Shown here: one piece after another, positions 18,630-29,129 of the stretch
How the letters are laid out: every line of letters begins with the position of its first letter
How positions within the stretch are numbered: the first letter of the stretch is position 1
DNA from: Polymorphobacter sp.
Lineage (GTDB): Bacteria > Pseudomonadota > Alphaproteobacteria > Sphingomonadales > Sphingomonadaceae
Direction: 5' to 3'
Assembly: GCA_043754785.1 (NCBI GenBank)
Contig: JAYUUE010000090.1
Location: 1-53,051, forward strand
Length of the DNA: 53,051 nt
Program-made: the position numbers and the translations under genes
The notes under the pieces: generated by a model
What the model saw: only the letters and a program-made list of their open reading frames with translations
Told to the model about the DNA's origin: nothing
Database searches by the model: none

Positions 18630-18842
18630 AAAAAAGACACAAAATTTCTCATTGCCGCAGCGCAGCATGTCAGCGGCGCTGGTGGGCATGTCAGCAACAC
18701 GCGTTTGGCAACCGGTTGGAACGGACCGGAAAACCGGCCTTTCAACCGCGCGGTCAAAGCAATTCCATGCGCCTTTCACAGCGCATCGGACGGCTTTTCT
18801 TGGGGAATTTCGGGAAACCGAGGTCTTTCAAAAGGAGTCGCC

Positions 18843-19267
18843 ATGAATTCGTCCCGCGCGTCAAAGCTTTCCAGCCTGTCATACGCCCGGCACCGCCTCC
18901 TCATCGGCTGTGCCGCGGTGGCAATGGCCGCCAGCGCACAAGCGCAAACCACCGTAGCAGTCGCCGCCGCCGAAGTGGCAGCCGATGACTCCGCCGCGAT
19001 CATCGTCACCGGATCACGCATTGCCAGCAGCGGCTTTTCGGCGCCAACACCGGTCAGCGTCATTGGCGCTGCTGAAATCAAGGCCGAATCGCCGGCCAAC
19101 ATTGCCGATTTCGTCAACGCCTTGCCCTCGGTGCGCGGCAGCTCGACTGCGGCCAACTCGTCGGGGTCCCTCAGCAGCGGCCTTGCCGGAATTGCCTCGA
19201 TCAATTTACGCGCGCTCGGCGCCAGCCGCACCCTCGTATTGTTCGATGGCCAGCGCTCGGTGCCGTC
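18843..19267 (+). pseudogene. TonB-dependent receptor, N-terminal fragment only (signal, TonB box, partial plug)
   Basis: AAASAQAQ-type signal, IIVTGSRI, APTPVSVI and INLRALGASRTLVLFDGQR, then the frame ends at 19313 with no beta-barrel. Confidence 0.88.
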
Positions 19268-20598
19268 ATCCCCACCGCCTTTACCGCGACTTGGGGGCAA
19301 GGCGGGCCGATGATCGCACTGGGCAGCGACATCGACGGCCTGCTCGGCCTGTCGCAATATCCGGGTGTGCCCAAGATCACCCCGATGGTCGAAGGCGCGC
19401 CGGGGCATGGCGAAGGCCACAACAGCGGTATGCCGCTGGTCGTCGTCGCGGCGTTGGCGCTGAAGGACACCATGCAGAAAAACGGCATCAAGGGCCGGCT
19501 GATGCTGTGGCCCGGCGTCGCTGAGGAACTGCTGGCGACAAAGGCCTATTACGTCCGCGCCGGGCTGTGCAAGGATGTCGATGCCTCGATCTTCGTCCAT
19601 GTCGGGCGTGATCTCGGCACCTCATGGGGCCCCGCCGGCAACAACGGCATGGTCAGCGTCGAATATACCTTCCACGGCAAGACGGCGCACGCCGCCGGCC
19701 AGCCATGGGACGGCCGCAGCGCGCTTGATGGCGTGGAGATCATGGACACCGCCTGGAACTTCCGCCGCGAGCATCTGCCGATCACCCAGCGCTCGCACTA
19801 TGTCATCACCAATGGCGGCGGCCAGCCCAACATTGTGCCGGGCGTCGCCGCCGTCTGGTATTATTTCCGCGAAAACACCTTCAAGAGCATCCGCGAGTTG
19901 TACGAGATCGGCAACACCATCTCCGAAGGCGCCGCCATGGCCACCGGCACCACCGTCACCCACAAAGTGTTGGGCTATGCCGCCCCCAATTTCGGCAACA
20001 AACCCATGGCCGAAGCCGCCTATGCCAACATGCTGACCGTCGGCCTGCCGAAATGGACCGCCGCCGACCAGGGCTTTGCCAAGGCGATGCAGGTCGAAAA
20101 CGGCGTCAAGGTCGAACCCCTGGTCACCGTCATCAAGCCGCTGTCCACCCCCGACAGCCGCGGCGCCTCCACCGGCGGCGGCTCGGATGATATCGGCGAT
20201 ATCATGTGGACGGTGCCGACGATCACCATTCGCTACCCGTCGAACATCCCGGGCGCCATCGGCCACAATGTCCAGTCCGCCATCGCAATGGCGACACCGA
20301 TTGCGCACAAAGGTGTCATCACCGGCGCCAAGGCGGTGGCGATGACGGCGCTCGACCTGATGACGACCCCGCAACTGCTCGCCGACGCCAAGACTTACTT
20401 CAAGGACGTCCAGCTCAAGACCGACAAATATGCCCCGTGCTCGGGCCAGCCGACAAGCCGGCCATTGGGCTCAATGCCGACATCATGAACCGCATGCGGC
20501 CGCAAATGGAGAAATTTTACTTCGATTCGGCCAAGCACGCGACTTATCTGGAGCAGCTCGGCATCGACTATGAAAAAGCCGCAGGCGTGAAGAAATAG
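19268..20598 (+). pseudogene. M20 / AbgB-like amidohydrolase, N-terminus missing and frameshifted near 20432
   Basis: Begins mid-domain at IPTAFTATWGQGGPMIALGSDID. Contains GHGEGHNSG, WPGVAEE and GGSDDIGD. The C-terminus VLGPADKPAIGLN...YLEQLGIDY lies in another frame (ORF 20206..20598). Confidence 0.85.
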
Positions 20599-20601
20599 CC
20601 C

Positions 20602-21138
20602 CTAAAACCGCGCACTGAGCGACACCATTCCACTTTGGGTGTCGCCAGCGACGCCGACCCGCACATTCGGGCTTAGCCGTTTGGTGAAGATCTGCGCCGC
20701 GCCTTCGCCAATGGCAGCGCCGGCGACGACGTCATACCAGTGGTGGTCATGGCTTTGTACCCGCGCAAAGCCGACAGTTGCCGCCAAAAGTTCGAACGGC
20801 AGGCCGACCCGCCAGCCGTAGCGCACGCGGAGATAGCCCGCCCCGGCAAAAGCCGTTGTGGTATGCCCCGAAGGGAAGCTATGGCTCTCACCGTTCGGCC
20901 GCGTGCTGTCGATGCTGTATTTCAATGCTTCGGTGACCAGGAAGCTTGACCCGCCAGTCAGCGCGAGCTGCACCATCCCCGGCCGATCCTCGCGCACCAG
21001 GGTGATCGTGCCGGCCGCCACCGGGATGCCGATGGCGCCGATATCGGCATAGGTCTGCCAGAATTTATCGCTGGCCATCGCTGGCGACATCATCGCCAGA
21101 CCTGTCGAAAATGTAATGATTTTCAGATATTTGTGCAT
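20602..21138 (-). CDS. PAP2 family phosphatase
   Basis: K-x6-RP (KYSIDSTRP), SFPSGH and ARVQSHDHHWYDVVAG motifs. Confidence 0.9.
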   Translation of the reverse strand: MHKYLKIITFSTGLAMMSPAMASDKFWQTYADIGAIGIPVAAGTITLVREDRPGMVQLALTGGSSFLVTEALKYSIDSTRPNGESHSFPSGHTTTAFAGAGYLRVRYGWRVGLPFELLAATVGFARVQSHDHHWYDVVAGAAIGEGAAQIFTKRLSPNVRVGVAGDTQSGMVSLSARF

Positions 21139-21186
21139 CGAAGCGCCCCAACGGTCATCTGCTTTCGCTGTAGCCAAGGTTGTGGG

Positions 21187-21576
21187 TTAAGCAACCCCGA
21201 TCAACGCCGCGAGCCAATGCACGTTCTGAACGCTATCGATCATCAGCATCAAAGCCACCACCAGCGCCGCCACGCTTATCAAAAGTACGGCCCCAGCCAA
21301 CATGTCCTTGGCAGCGCGCATCTCCTCGTGCCGCTCGGGGTGCAGCCGGTCGATGACTGTTTCCACGGCCGAATTGACCAGCTCCAGCGCCACCACCAGC
21401 GCAACAACGACCGTGACCAACGCCCACCACACCGGCCCCGGACGTAGGACGACCAGCGCCAGCGCTGCCAGCGCGGCAAATACCAGATGCGTGCGGATGC
21501 TGCGTTCGCGCCGTGCCCCCGCCACCAGGCCGGCGATGGCAAAGCCCAACCGTTCGATAAAATTGCGGTTCTTCAT
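21187..21576 (-). CDS. dgkA: Prokaryotic diacylglycerol/undecaprenol kinase
   Basis: [18 protein letters not shown] and [10 protein letters not shown]. Three TM helices. Confidence 0.9.
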   Translation of the reverse strand: MKNRNFIERLGFAIAGLVAGARRERSIRTHLVFAALAALALVVLRPGPVWWALVTVVVALVVALELVNSAVETVIDRLHPERHEEMRAAKDMLAGAVLLISVAALVVALMLMIDSVQNVHWLAALIGVA

Positions 21577-21675
21577 TGCGCACTCCCCGCACTGGCTTGG
21601 CATCAGATGGTCGCAAATGCCAGAGCACCCCTCTGCAACTTGCCAACCGCGGCCAAGTGCGTAAACTTGGCCCCT

Positions 21676-22833
21676 ATGGACATCCACGTCCCCTTCCGCA
21701 CTCCGACGCCCGGCCAGCGCGCCCTCGCGGTCAGCATTCCGGCTGCGGCACAGCGCACGCCGCCAGCGGTCATCAGCAGCATTGCCGCCAGCAGCTACAC
21801 CTGCCAGGAACGCTATGCCCGCGAACAGGAGCGGCTGTTCCGCGCCCTCCCGGTCGTGCTTGCACCGTCGTCGCTGCTATCCGGCCCCAACACCAGCGTC
21901 ACCCATGATGGTTTCGGCGTCCCGTTGCTCATCACCCGCGACTCGATGGGCATGGTGCGGGTATTTCTCAACGTCTGTCGGCATCGCGGAACCCGCCTCG
22001 TCGAGGGTTGCGCAGTTGCCCAGAGCCCCGCTCTCGTCTGCCCCTATCACGCCTGGACCTACGCGCTCGATGGCCGCCTCAAGGGCTTGCCGCGCCCGGA
22101 AACCTTCCCAGGGCTCGACAAATCGGCGCACGGCCTCGTCGAAATGCCCAGCGTTGAAGCCGGCGGTCTCATCTGGGCCGGCCTTGACCGCAGCCGAACC
22201 TATGACTTCGGAATGGCAAAAGGACCGCTCGCGGCCGATTTCGATGCACTAAACTTCGCCGGCCAGCACCTCTATGCCCGCGCCAGCCACGACGTCGCTG
22301 CCAACTGGAAGCTCATCGTCGATGCGTTCAGCGAATCCTATCACGTCGTCCGCTTGCACGCCGCCACCATCGCGCCCTTCTTCCAGGATGGCGTTACCAG
22401 CGGCGATCTGATCGGCCCGCACAGCCGCTCGCTGGTCGCCCGGCTGACGGCACTGGAGGGCGACATCGACGCCGATAACATGGCCGAAATGCGCCGCACC
22501 ATGACCTTTGCCTATACGCTGATGCCTGCCACCATTATCGTCGCTTCACCCGACTATATTAACATCATGACGCTGATGCCGCGCGGCGTCGGCCGCACGA
22601 CCGTCGAGGATTTTATGCTGATTCCGGCGCCGCCCGAAACTCCCAAGGCCGAACATCATTGGGCGAAAAGCTGGAAGCTGCTCGACCAGGGGGTATTCGC
22701 CGGCGAGGACTTCCGCGCCGCGCAACTCGGTCAACAGGGCCTCGAATCGGGCGCCGTTGAACATGTCCTGCTTGGCGGCCTTGAACAGGGGGTCAAGGCG
22801 TTCCATTCCCGGGTCGATGCGCTGATCGCCTGA
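21676..22833 (+). CDS. Rieske non-heme iron oxygenase alpha subunit
   Basis: Rieske motif NVCRHRG...CPYHAW. Mononuclear Fe motif [19 protein letters not shown]...ED. Confidence 0.92.
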   Translation: MDIHVPFRTPTPGQRALAVSIPAAAQRTPPAVISSIAASSYTCQERYAREQERLFRALPVVLAPSSLLSGPNTSVTHDGFGVPLLITRDSMGMVRVFLNVCRHRGTRLVEGCAVAQSPALVCPYHAWTYALDGRLKGLPRPETFPGLDKSAHGLVEMPSVEAGGLIWAGLDRSRTYDFGMAKGPLAADFDALNFAGQHLYARASHDVAANWKLIVDAFSESYHVVRLHAATIAPFFQDGVTSGDLIGPHSRSLVARLTALEGDIDADNMAEMRRTMTFAYTLMPATIIVASPDYINIMTLMPRGVGRTTVEDFMLIPAPPETPKAEHHWAKSWKLLDQGVFAGEDFRAAQLGQQGLESGAVEHVLLGGLEQGVKAFHSRVDALIA

Positions 22834-22937
22834 CGACGCCATTATTGCAGGGCCGCCCCTTGATAAACCGCCTTATAATCCTAACACAGGTGGGAAAGGC
22901 GCGACGATCTGCACCAAAGTGCTAGCGATCTGGAAGG

Positions 22938-24143
22938 ATGACCATGGCTGAAACGCAGACCGAGACGGCGATCAAGTTGGAACCTCCGCTGGCCGTCACC
23001 GCCATCGCGCCGTCGCAGGCTGCTGGGCTGGTGCCGCTGCAAACCGACCAGAAGACCGCGCTCGATGCCCGCGTCGATGCCTTCATCAACGAGCTCGTCG
23101 CCACCGATGCCGCCAGCCCGGAATTCGGTAAGAAGGTCGATGCGCTGGCCAACCTCGGCGCCAAGGAAATTGCCAGGGCCGCCGGGCAATCCAACCGCTT
23201 CCTCGAACGCCCAACCCGATCGATGAACAAGGACGATGGCATCGGCGCCGACCTGGTCAAGCTGCGCGGCATCGTCGAGGATCTCGATCCCGGCAAGCGC
23301 GGCAAGCTGGTTAAGGGCCGCAAGCTGTTCGGCATCATCCCGGTCGGTGGCGGCAAGCTGCGCAGCTATTTCGACAGTTACCAGTCAGCGCAGGGCAACA
23401 TCAGCGCCATCTTGAACAGCCTGAAGAACGGCAAGGATGAACTGCTCAAGGACAATATCGCCGTCGAGGATGAGCGCAGCAAGCTGTGGGACGCGATGGG
23501 CAAGCTCGAACAGATGGTCCATATGTCGAAGTCGCTCGACGGCAAGCTGGCGGACAAGGCCAACGAGCTTGATGTGTCCGACCCCGCCAAGGCCAAGGCC
23601 ATCCGCGAGACCGCGCTCTTCTATGTCCGTCAGCGCACCACCGATCTGCTGACCCAACTCGCTGTGTCGGTGCAGGGCTATCTGGCGCTCGACCTGGTCA
23701 AGAAGAACAATGTCGAGCTGATGAAGGGCGTCGATCGCGCCTCGACGACCACCGTCGCCGCCTTGCGCACTGCGGTCACCGTCGCCGAGGCGATGACCAA
23801 CCAGAAACTGGTCCTGGCCCAGATCACCGAGCTCAACAGCACCACCGCAAGCATCATCGATTCGACAGGCGAATTGCTTCGCACCAGCACTGCAACAATC
23901 CACGAGCAGGCGGCCAGCAGCACGATTCCCGTCGAAACGCTGCAGCGCGCCTTTCAGAACGTCTATCAGACCATGGATGCCATCGACACCTACAAGCTGA
24001 AGGCGCTCGAAGCCATGAAGACCACTGTCGATACACTGTCTGTTGAAGTCGAAAAGAGCCGCGGTTACGTGGCGCGCGCGCAAGGCCAGTCGCAAGCGCA
24101 GCTTGAGAACCGTGGTGGCTCGCCGCTGGAAGCCCTTGCGTGA
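22938..24143 (+). CDS. Toxic anion resistance protein (TelA/KlaA family)
   Basis: LRGIVEDLDP...KLFGIIP...YFDSYQSAQ...VSVQGYLALDLVKKNNVELMKGVDRA. Confidence 0.9.
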   Translation: MTMAETQTETAIKLEPPLAVTAIAPSQAAGLVPLQTDQKTALDARVDAFINELVATDAASPEFGKKVDALANLGAKEIARAAGQSNRFLERPTRSMNKDDGIGADLVKLRGIVEDLDPGKRGKLVKGRKLFGIIPVGGGKLRSYFDSYQSAQGNISAILNSLKNGKDELLKDNIAVEDERSKLWDAMGKLEQMVHMSKSLDGKLADKANELDVSDPAKAKAIRETALFYVRQRTTDLLTQLAVSVQGYLALDLVKKNNVELMKGVDRASTTTVAALRTAVTVAEAMTNQKLVLAQITELNSTTASIIDSTGELLRTSTATIHEQAASSTIPVETLQRAFQNVYQTMDAIDTYKLKALEAMKTTVDTLSVEVEKSRGYVARAQGQSQAQLENRGGSPLEALA

Positions 24144-24862
24144 TGGCCGATCCGGGCACCACGATCGATCGCAACGAGGAACGCCTCGCTCGGCTGGCGC
24201 GCGGGGAGGCGATGCAGCGCGCTCGCAGCCGGCGCAACATGCGTCAGGCCAAGCGCGCCGGCGGCCGCGTCGTGCGCGCCGCCACCGTCGTCGCCGCCAT
24301 TGCCTTTGGCCTGCTACTCTGGGGGCTGATCATCGGCCCCATCGGCACCACCGTCCTGGTGCTGGCGGTGCTGCTCGGCGCCATGGCCGCGATGAGCGCG
24401 GCGATCTGGGACGGCGGCAACGCCGTGCCCGACCTGCGCGCTGATGCCCCCGCATCGGTCCTGCCCGCAGCCACCGATGCCTGGCTTGACCGTCAGCGCC
24501 GCAATCTGCCGGCGCTTGCCGCACCCCAGGTCGATGCGATTTCGGCGCGACTGGCGACGCTCGATACACAGCTGGCGCGGGTGCCGACAGGTGATCCGGT
24601 GGCGCAGGACCTGTCGCGACTGCTCGGCAAGCATCTGCCCGAACTCGTCGAGCGCTACACTCGCATCCCCAGCGAACAACGTGCCCGCACCATCGAAGCC
24701 GACGGCCGCAGCCTCGACGCAACGCTCGTTGAAGGCTTGAAAGTCGTCGAGGCAGAACTCGGCCGTGCCTCCGAAGCCCTCGCCGCGTCGGACCGCGACG
24801 CCGTCCGTGTTCAGGGCAAATTCCTCGAAGCGCGCTACAAGGACGGCGATCCCATGGCCTGA
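24140..24862 (+). CDS. Two-TM coiled-coil partner of TelA (XpaC-like position)
   Basis: GTGA overlap with telA. Two hydrophobic helices, then HLPELVERY...QGKFLEARY. Confidence 0.75.
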   Translation: MMADPGTTIDRNEERLARLARGEAMQRARSRRNMRQAKRAGGRVVRAATVVAAIAFGLLLWGLIIGPIGTTVLVLAVLLGAMAAMSAAIWDGGNAVPDLRADAPASVLPAATDAWLDRQRRNLPALAAPQVDAISARLATLDTQLARVPTGDPVAQDLSRLLGKHLPELVERYTRIPSEQRARTIEADGRSLDATLVEGLKVVEAELGRASEALAASDRDAVRVQGKFLEARYKDGDPMA

Positions 24863-26020
24863 TTAGCCTTCGAACACCCGCCGTAGGACCCCGTCATAGA
24901 TCGCCGTAAGCGCCGCTATATCCGCCAAAGCAACACTCTCGTCGGCCTTGTGCATTGTTGCCCCCGGCAGGCCGAATTCGACTACGGGACACAGCCGCCG
25001 GATGAAGCGCGCGTCCGACGTGCCGCCGCTGGTCGATAGCTCAGGCACCAACCCGGTGACATCGGTTACTGCTTCGGCCACCAGCGATGAAAACGTCCCC
25101 GGCTCGGTAAAAAACGCCTCGCCCGAAATTTTCACCACCACGTTTGCAGTTGGCGCCTGCTCCGCCACCACAGCGCGCACCCATGCCTCGAGACCAGCGC
25201 CCTTGTGACTGTCGTTGAAGCGAATATTCAGCCGCGCGCTCGCCGTCGCGGCAATCATGTTGGTCGCCGGATTGCCGGCGCCGCCATTGACCATCATGTC
25301 GGTCACTTCAAGGTTCGACGGCTGGAACCAGGAATTGCCCGCATCGAGGACCCGGCCTTTCAGCGCCGCCAATATCGCAACCAACCGCGTGACAGGATTG
25401 TCTGCCCGGTCCGGATACGCCACATGCCCCTGCGCGCCGTTGACCGTGATCCAGGCGTTGAGCGACCCACGCCGCCCGACCTTGATTATGTCACCCAGAA
25501 CCCGAGCAGAGGTGGGCTCACCAACAAGGCACAGGTCGGGCACCAGGCGGTTAGCCTCAAGCCATTCGAGCATCGGCGCTGTGCCGAAGCTGGCGGGGCC
25601 TTCCTCATCGCCGGTGATGATCAGCGACAGCCGCCCCGGCACGCCCCGCGCCCCATGGTCCGCCGCCGCCGCAACGAATGCCGCGATGCTGCTTTTCATG
25701 TCATTGGCGCCGCGACCGACCAGCCGGCCATCAGCGATCATTGCGGCAAACGGATCCACGCTCCACGCCGCTACATCGCCGACCGGGACCACATCGGTAT
25801 GCCCGGCAAAGGCGAAATGCGGCATGCCCTCGCCGATCGTGGCGAACAGATTGTCGATGGGGCCATCGGGCGGGCCGCCGAAGGTCAGCCTTTCGATGCG
25901 AAAGCCCAGCCCGGCCAGCACCCGCGCCAGCACCACCTGCGCCCCCGCATCGGCAGGCGTCACGCTGGCGCAGCGGATCAGCTCCTGAGCCAGCGCAACG
26001 GGATCAATCAAAGCTGTCAC
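24863..26020 (-). CDS. dapE: Succinyl-diaminopimelate desuccinylase
   Basis: FAGHTDVVP, GRGANDMK, ITGDEEG, GRRGS, GHVAYP and GGTSDARFI. Confidence 0.97.
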   Translation of the reverse strand: MTALIDPVALAQELIRCASVTPADAGAQVVLARVLAGLGFRIERLTFGGPPDGPIDNLFATIGEGMPHFAFAGHTDVVPVGDVAAWSVDPFAAMIADGRLVGRGANDMKSSIAAFVAAAADHGARGVPGRLSLIITGDEEGPASFGTAPMLEWLEANRLVPDLCLVGEPTSARVLGDIIKVGRRGSLNAWITVNGAQGHVAYPDRADNPVTRLVAILAALKGRVLDAGNSWFQPSNLEVTDMMVNGGAGNPATNMIAATASARLNIRFNDSHKGAGLEAWVRAVVAEQAPTANVVVKISGEAFFTEPGTFSSLVAEAVTDVTGLVPELSTSGGTSDARFIRRLCPVVEFGLPGATMHKADESVALADIAALTAIYDGVLRRVFEG

Positions 26021-26733
26021 GCCTTGAGTGCGTCCAGAAAGTCGTTAATCCGCTTGGCATTGACGCCAAGATCGCCTTTTCCGACCCGCGATTTCGATCG
26101 CATGTCGACCCGCGTGCCGGTACCAGCAGGGGTCAGGCGGATGACGACATCGTCCTTGAACCCCCACCACGGGACCGTTGCCGTCGCCTCGATCCGCCCG
26201 GCCGCCGCGTCAGCGATGATCACCGTCCAGCCGGCATCCTTTGCCGCCGCCATGGCCTTGACGAACACCGCATCGGGCGCCGCCGGCAGCACCAGCCCAG
26301 CCAGCTTTGGATAACCCTTGGCCTGTACGGCGGCAAACGATGGCTCATACGCCAGCGCCGACGCCCTCGGCCCGCGCATCGCCGCGGTAATCGCTGCGAA
26401 CGCCGGGGGGTTCACGGTGTCGGTCGTGATGTCGTTGATCGGCGGATAGGCGCGCGCGTCGATGACGATCGCTGCCGGCACGGCAATCGCCGCGATCCCG
26501 GCCGCCGCCGCCAGCACCACGCCCAAGCTGCCCCGTCGGCGCAGCAGAGCCCATAGGCAGAACAGCCCGCCAAGCCCCGCAAGCACTGCCGCCATGACGA
26601 ACATGCCGAGCCCCGCCTGCCAGCCGAGTACGCCCCACGTCATCAACGGTCCAGCGAGCACCACGAGCAGCGCCGCGACCAGCGTGGCGCGCGCTATGCG
26701 CCACGTCCAGGCGCCGGGGGTCTTGATGGCCAT
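26017..26733 (-). CDS. DUF1499 domain membrane protein
   Basis: PPINDITTD, GFKDDVVIR and VDMRSKSRVGKGDLGVNAKRI. Confidence 0.88.
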   Translation of the reverse strand: MAIKTPGAWTWRIARATLVAALLVVLAGPLMTWGVLGWQAGLGMFVMAAVLAGLGGLFCLWALLRRRGSLGVVLAAAAGIAAIAVPAAIVIDARAYPPINDITTDTVNPPAFAAITAAMRGPRASALAYEPSFAAVQAKGYPKLAGLVLPAAPDAVFVKAMAAAKDAGWTVIIADAAAGRIEATATVPWWGFKDDVVIRLTPAGTGTRVDMRSKSRVGKGDLGVNAKRINDFLDALKA

Positions 26734-26735
26734 CG

Positions 26736-28370
26736 CTACTTGCCTTTCGTCGGTGGAGCCGTCTTTGGCGAATTGGGTGCGAAGATGCTGCCAAAATAAT
26801 CCCCGGCATACCAGCGCGGTCGCTCGGCCGCATCGGCGATTTCGCGGCTGATCAGATAGCCGACGCGCGCGTAGTTCGCACCGGCCTGCCAGTTGATGGG
26901 CATTGTCATGTCGTCGCTGGGTTGGTGATACTCAGTGGCGAGATAATGTTCCCACGCCGCCTTGCCGCCATTGGCAAAGCCGGTGGCGAGCAAAAGCGCC
27001 GGCACACCGCGCTTGACGAACGTGTAATGGTCGGAGCGCACGAATATGGTCTCCGCCGGCATCGGATCGGGCGACAACGTAACGCTGGCCTTGGCGACCG
27101 CCGTAGCGATCGAAGCACCCATCGTCGAATGATCGCCCCCAAAGGCAATGACATCGGTGAACGGATAGAGCAGCAGCGGCTGGTCGAGATCGACAACACT
27201 GGCGATGCTTCCAATCGGCACCGGCGGGTTGTTGGCGAAGGATTCAGCGCCCAGCAGTCCCTTTTCCTCGGCGGTGTTAGCCACAAACAGCATCGATCGC
27301 TTCGGCGGCGTTTCATCGCCGGCAAAGGCCCGCGCCACTTCGAGCATCACCGCCACCCCGGCGGCATTGTCGAGCGCGCCATTGTAGATGGTATCGCCCG
27401 CCTTCTCCGGCCGGATGCCGAGATGGTCGAGATGCGCCATCAGCACGACATGCTCGGACTTTAACACCGGGTCGCTGCCCTCGATCCGCCCGACGATCTC
27501 GCTGCTGGTGACGCTGCGCCGCGCCGAAGTCGCGGTAATGCGGGCGCTGGTCTTCAACGCAAAGCCCCGGGGCATACCGCGCTCCGAGTCGGCGACTGCC
27601 AGCACCTTGGCGAGCGGCGTCGGCGCACCGGCGAACAAGATTTCGGCCGCAGGACCGCTGACCACGGCGGATGTGCGGATGCCGGGCGCGGCGACGAACG
27701 GTGTTCCGTCCGGCTGCACCCAAGTCATCCGGGGAATACTGGCGGTCGATTGCAGCTTCTCCCACGGCCGCAGCTTGGCCGATTGCAGTGTCGGGATGCT
27801 GATCAGGCCGATGGCGCCGCGCGCCGCCGCCATCCGGGCTTTTTCGGTGCCCAAATGCGCCAGCACCTCGTCCGGGGCGGTTTTGGGAATGCCGGTGAGA
27901 ACGACGACGATCTTGCCCTTCACATTCAGCCCGGCATAATCTTTGAAACCCTGCTTCGGCGCGTCGAGGCCGAAACCGGCAAACACCAGTGGCGCTGAAA
28001 TATCGGTTTTCGTGTCGATCTGGCTGGGACTGACGATCGCTTCGCTGCTATGCACCCAAACGGTCGTCTTACCATCCTTGCCGGTCACGGTGACACCTGC
28101 TGGCCCATCGAGCCGCGCTTCCGAAAGTGTCACCGGCTGATACCAGCTGCCATCCCTGGCGCCAGGCTTTAGTCCGGCCGTAGCGAATTGCGACGCCACA
28201 TAGCGCGCCGCAATGTCAAAACCGCGCGTGCCCGTGCCGCGCCCTTCCAGCAGATCATCGGCCAGAAACGCGACATGCGCCTTGACCCGTTCCGGCGAAA
28301 ATGTCGGCTCGGCGGCAAATGCAGGGATGGCCGCAACGATGATCGCGGCAGATAACAGCAACTTCATCAA
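26736..28370 (-). CDS. Secreted M28 family metallopeptidase with PA domain
   Basis: Signal peptide, LADDLLEGRGTG, AHLDHLG, NGALDNAAG, TAEEKGLLG, RSDH and YHQPSD. Confidence 0.93.
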   Translation of the reverse strand: MMKLLLSAAIIVAAIPAFAAEPTFSPERVKAHVAFLADDLLEGRGTGTRGFDIAARYVASQFATAGLKPGARDGSWYQPVTLSEARLDGPAGVTVTGKDGKTTVWVHSSEAIVSPSQIDTKTDISAPLVFAGFGLDAPKQGFKDYAGLNVKGKIVVVLTGIPKTAPDEVLAHLGTEKARMAAARGAIGLISIPTLQSAKLRPWEKLQSTASIPRMTWVQPDGTPFVAAPGIRTSAVVSGPAAEILFAGAPTPLAKVLAVADSERGMPRGFALKTSARITATSARRSVTSSEIVGRIEGSDPVLKSEHVVLMAHLDHLGIRPEKAGDTIYNGALDNAAGVAVMLEVARAFAGDETPPKRSMLFVANTAEEKGLLGAESFANNPPVPIGSIASVVDLDQPLLLYPFTDVIAFGGDHSTMGASIATAVAKASVTLSPDPMPAETIFVRSDHYTFVKRGVPALLLATGFANGGKAAWEHYLATEYHQPSDDMTMPINWQAGANYARVGYLISREIADAAERPRWYAGDYFGSIFAPNSPKTAPPTKGK

Positions 28371-28398
28371 AGTCTCCGAAAATCAGGCCGGCCAATTT

Positions 28399-29070
28399 TC
28401 AAGCAGGAACACCGCCGGGGATCGGGTAGCGGTCGAATGGGAAGGTCTCGGCTTTCGCCTGAGTGATCCACTCGGCCATCCATGGATGCGCGAGCACGGC
28501 ATCGACATAGGCTCGCGCCATCGGACTTACGGGCAGGTTATAGCTGTCGATCCGCGTCACCACGGGCGCGAACATGATATCGGCGGCGCTGAACGCCCCG
28601 AACAGCCACGGCAGATCGGTGTCGCTGCCATGGTCGGCGCGTGCCTGCGACCACAGCGCATCGACGCGCGCCACCTCGGCGGTGATTTCGGGCGTCGGCG
28701 CAAAGTTGGGGAAACGCGCCTTTAGGTTCATCGGGCACCCCGAACGCAGCGCCGGAAACCCCGAATGCATTTCGGCTGTCATGGCATAGGCCAGCGCGCG
28801 TGCCGGGGCTTCGCGCGGCCAATACCGGTCGTGCCCACCCTTGTCCGCCAGCCACAGGATGATGGCGAGACTGTCCCACACCGGGCATTTGCCATCCCAC
28901 AGGACCGGCACCTTGCCCGAAGGCAACTCGCCCTTGGCTTCGCCGGATTTCCATTCGGGCGTGTCCATCGGGATGACATCACACGTGAACGGCAGGCCCG
29001 ACTGTTTCGCCGCCAGCCAGCCGCGCAGCGACCAGCTCGAATAAGCGCGATTGGCGATGATGATCTTCAT
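28399..29070 (-). CDS. Glutathione S-transferase
   Basis: IANRAYSSWSLRGWL, PSGKVPVL, WDSLAI, AEMHSGF and FSAADIMFAPVV. Confidence 0.93.
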   Translation of the reverse strand: MKIIIANRAYSSWSLRGWLAAKQSGLPFTCDVIPMDTPEWKSGEAKGELPSGKVPVLWDGKCPVWDSLAIILWLADKGGHDRYWPREAPARALAYAMTAEMHSGFPALRSGCPMNLKARFPNFAPTPEITAEVARVDALWSQARADHGSDTDLPWLFGAFSAADIMFAPVVTRIDSYNLPVSPMARAYVDAVLAHPWMAEWITQAKAETFPFDRYPIPGGVPA

Positions 29071-29129
29071 GACGTGCCCCCCGTTGCCAAGGGTCATAGC
29101 CGGGTTGCGGGCTGGCTGAAAGGCCAGCC

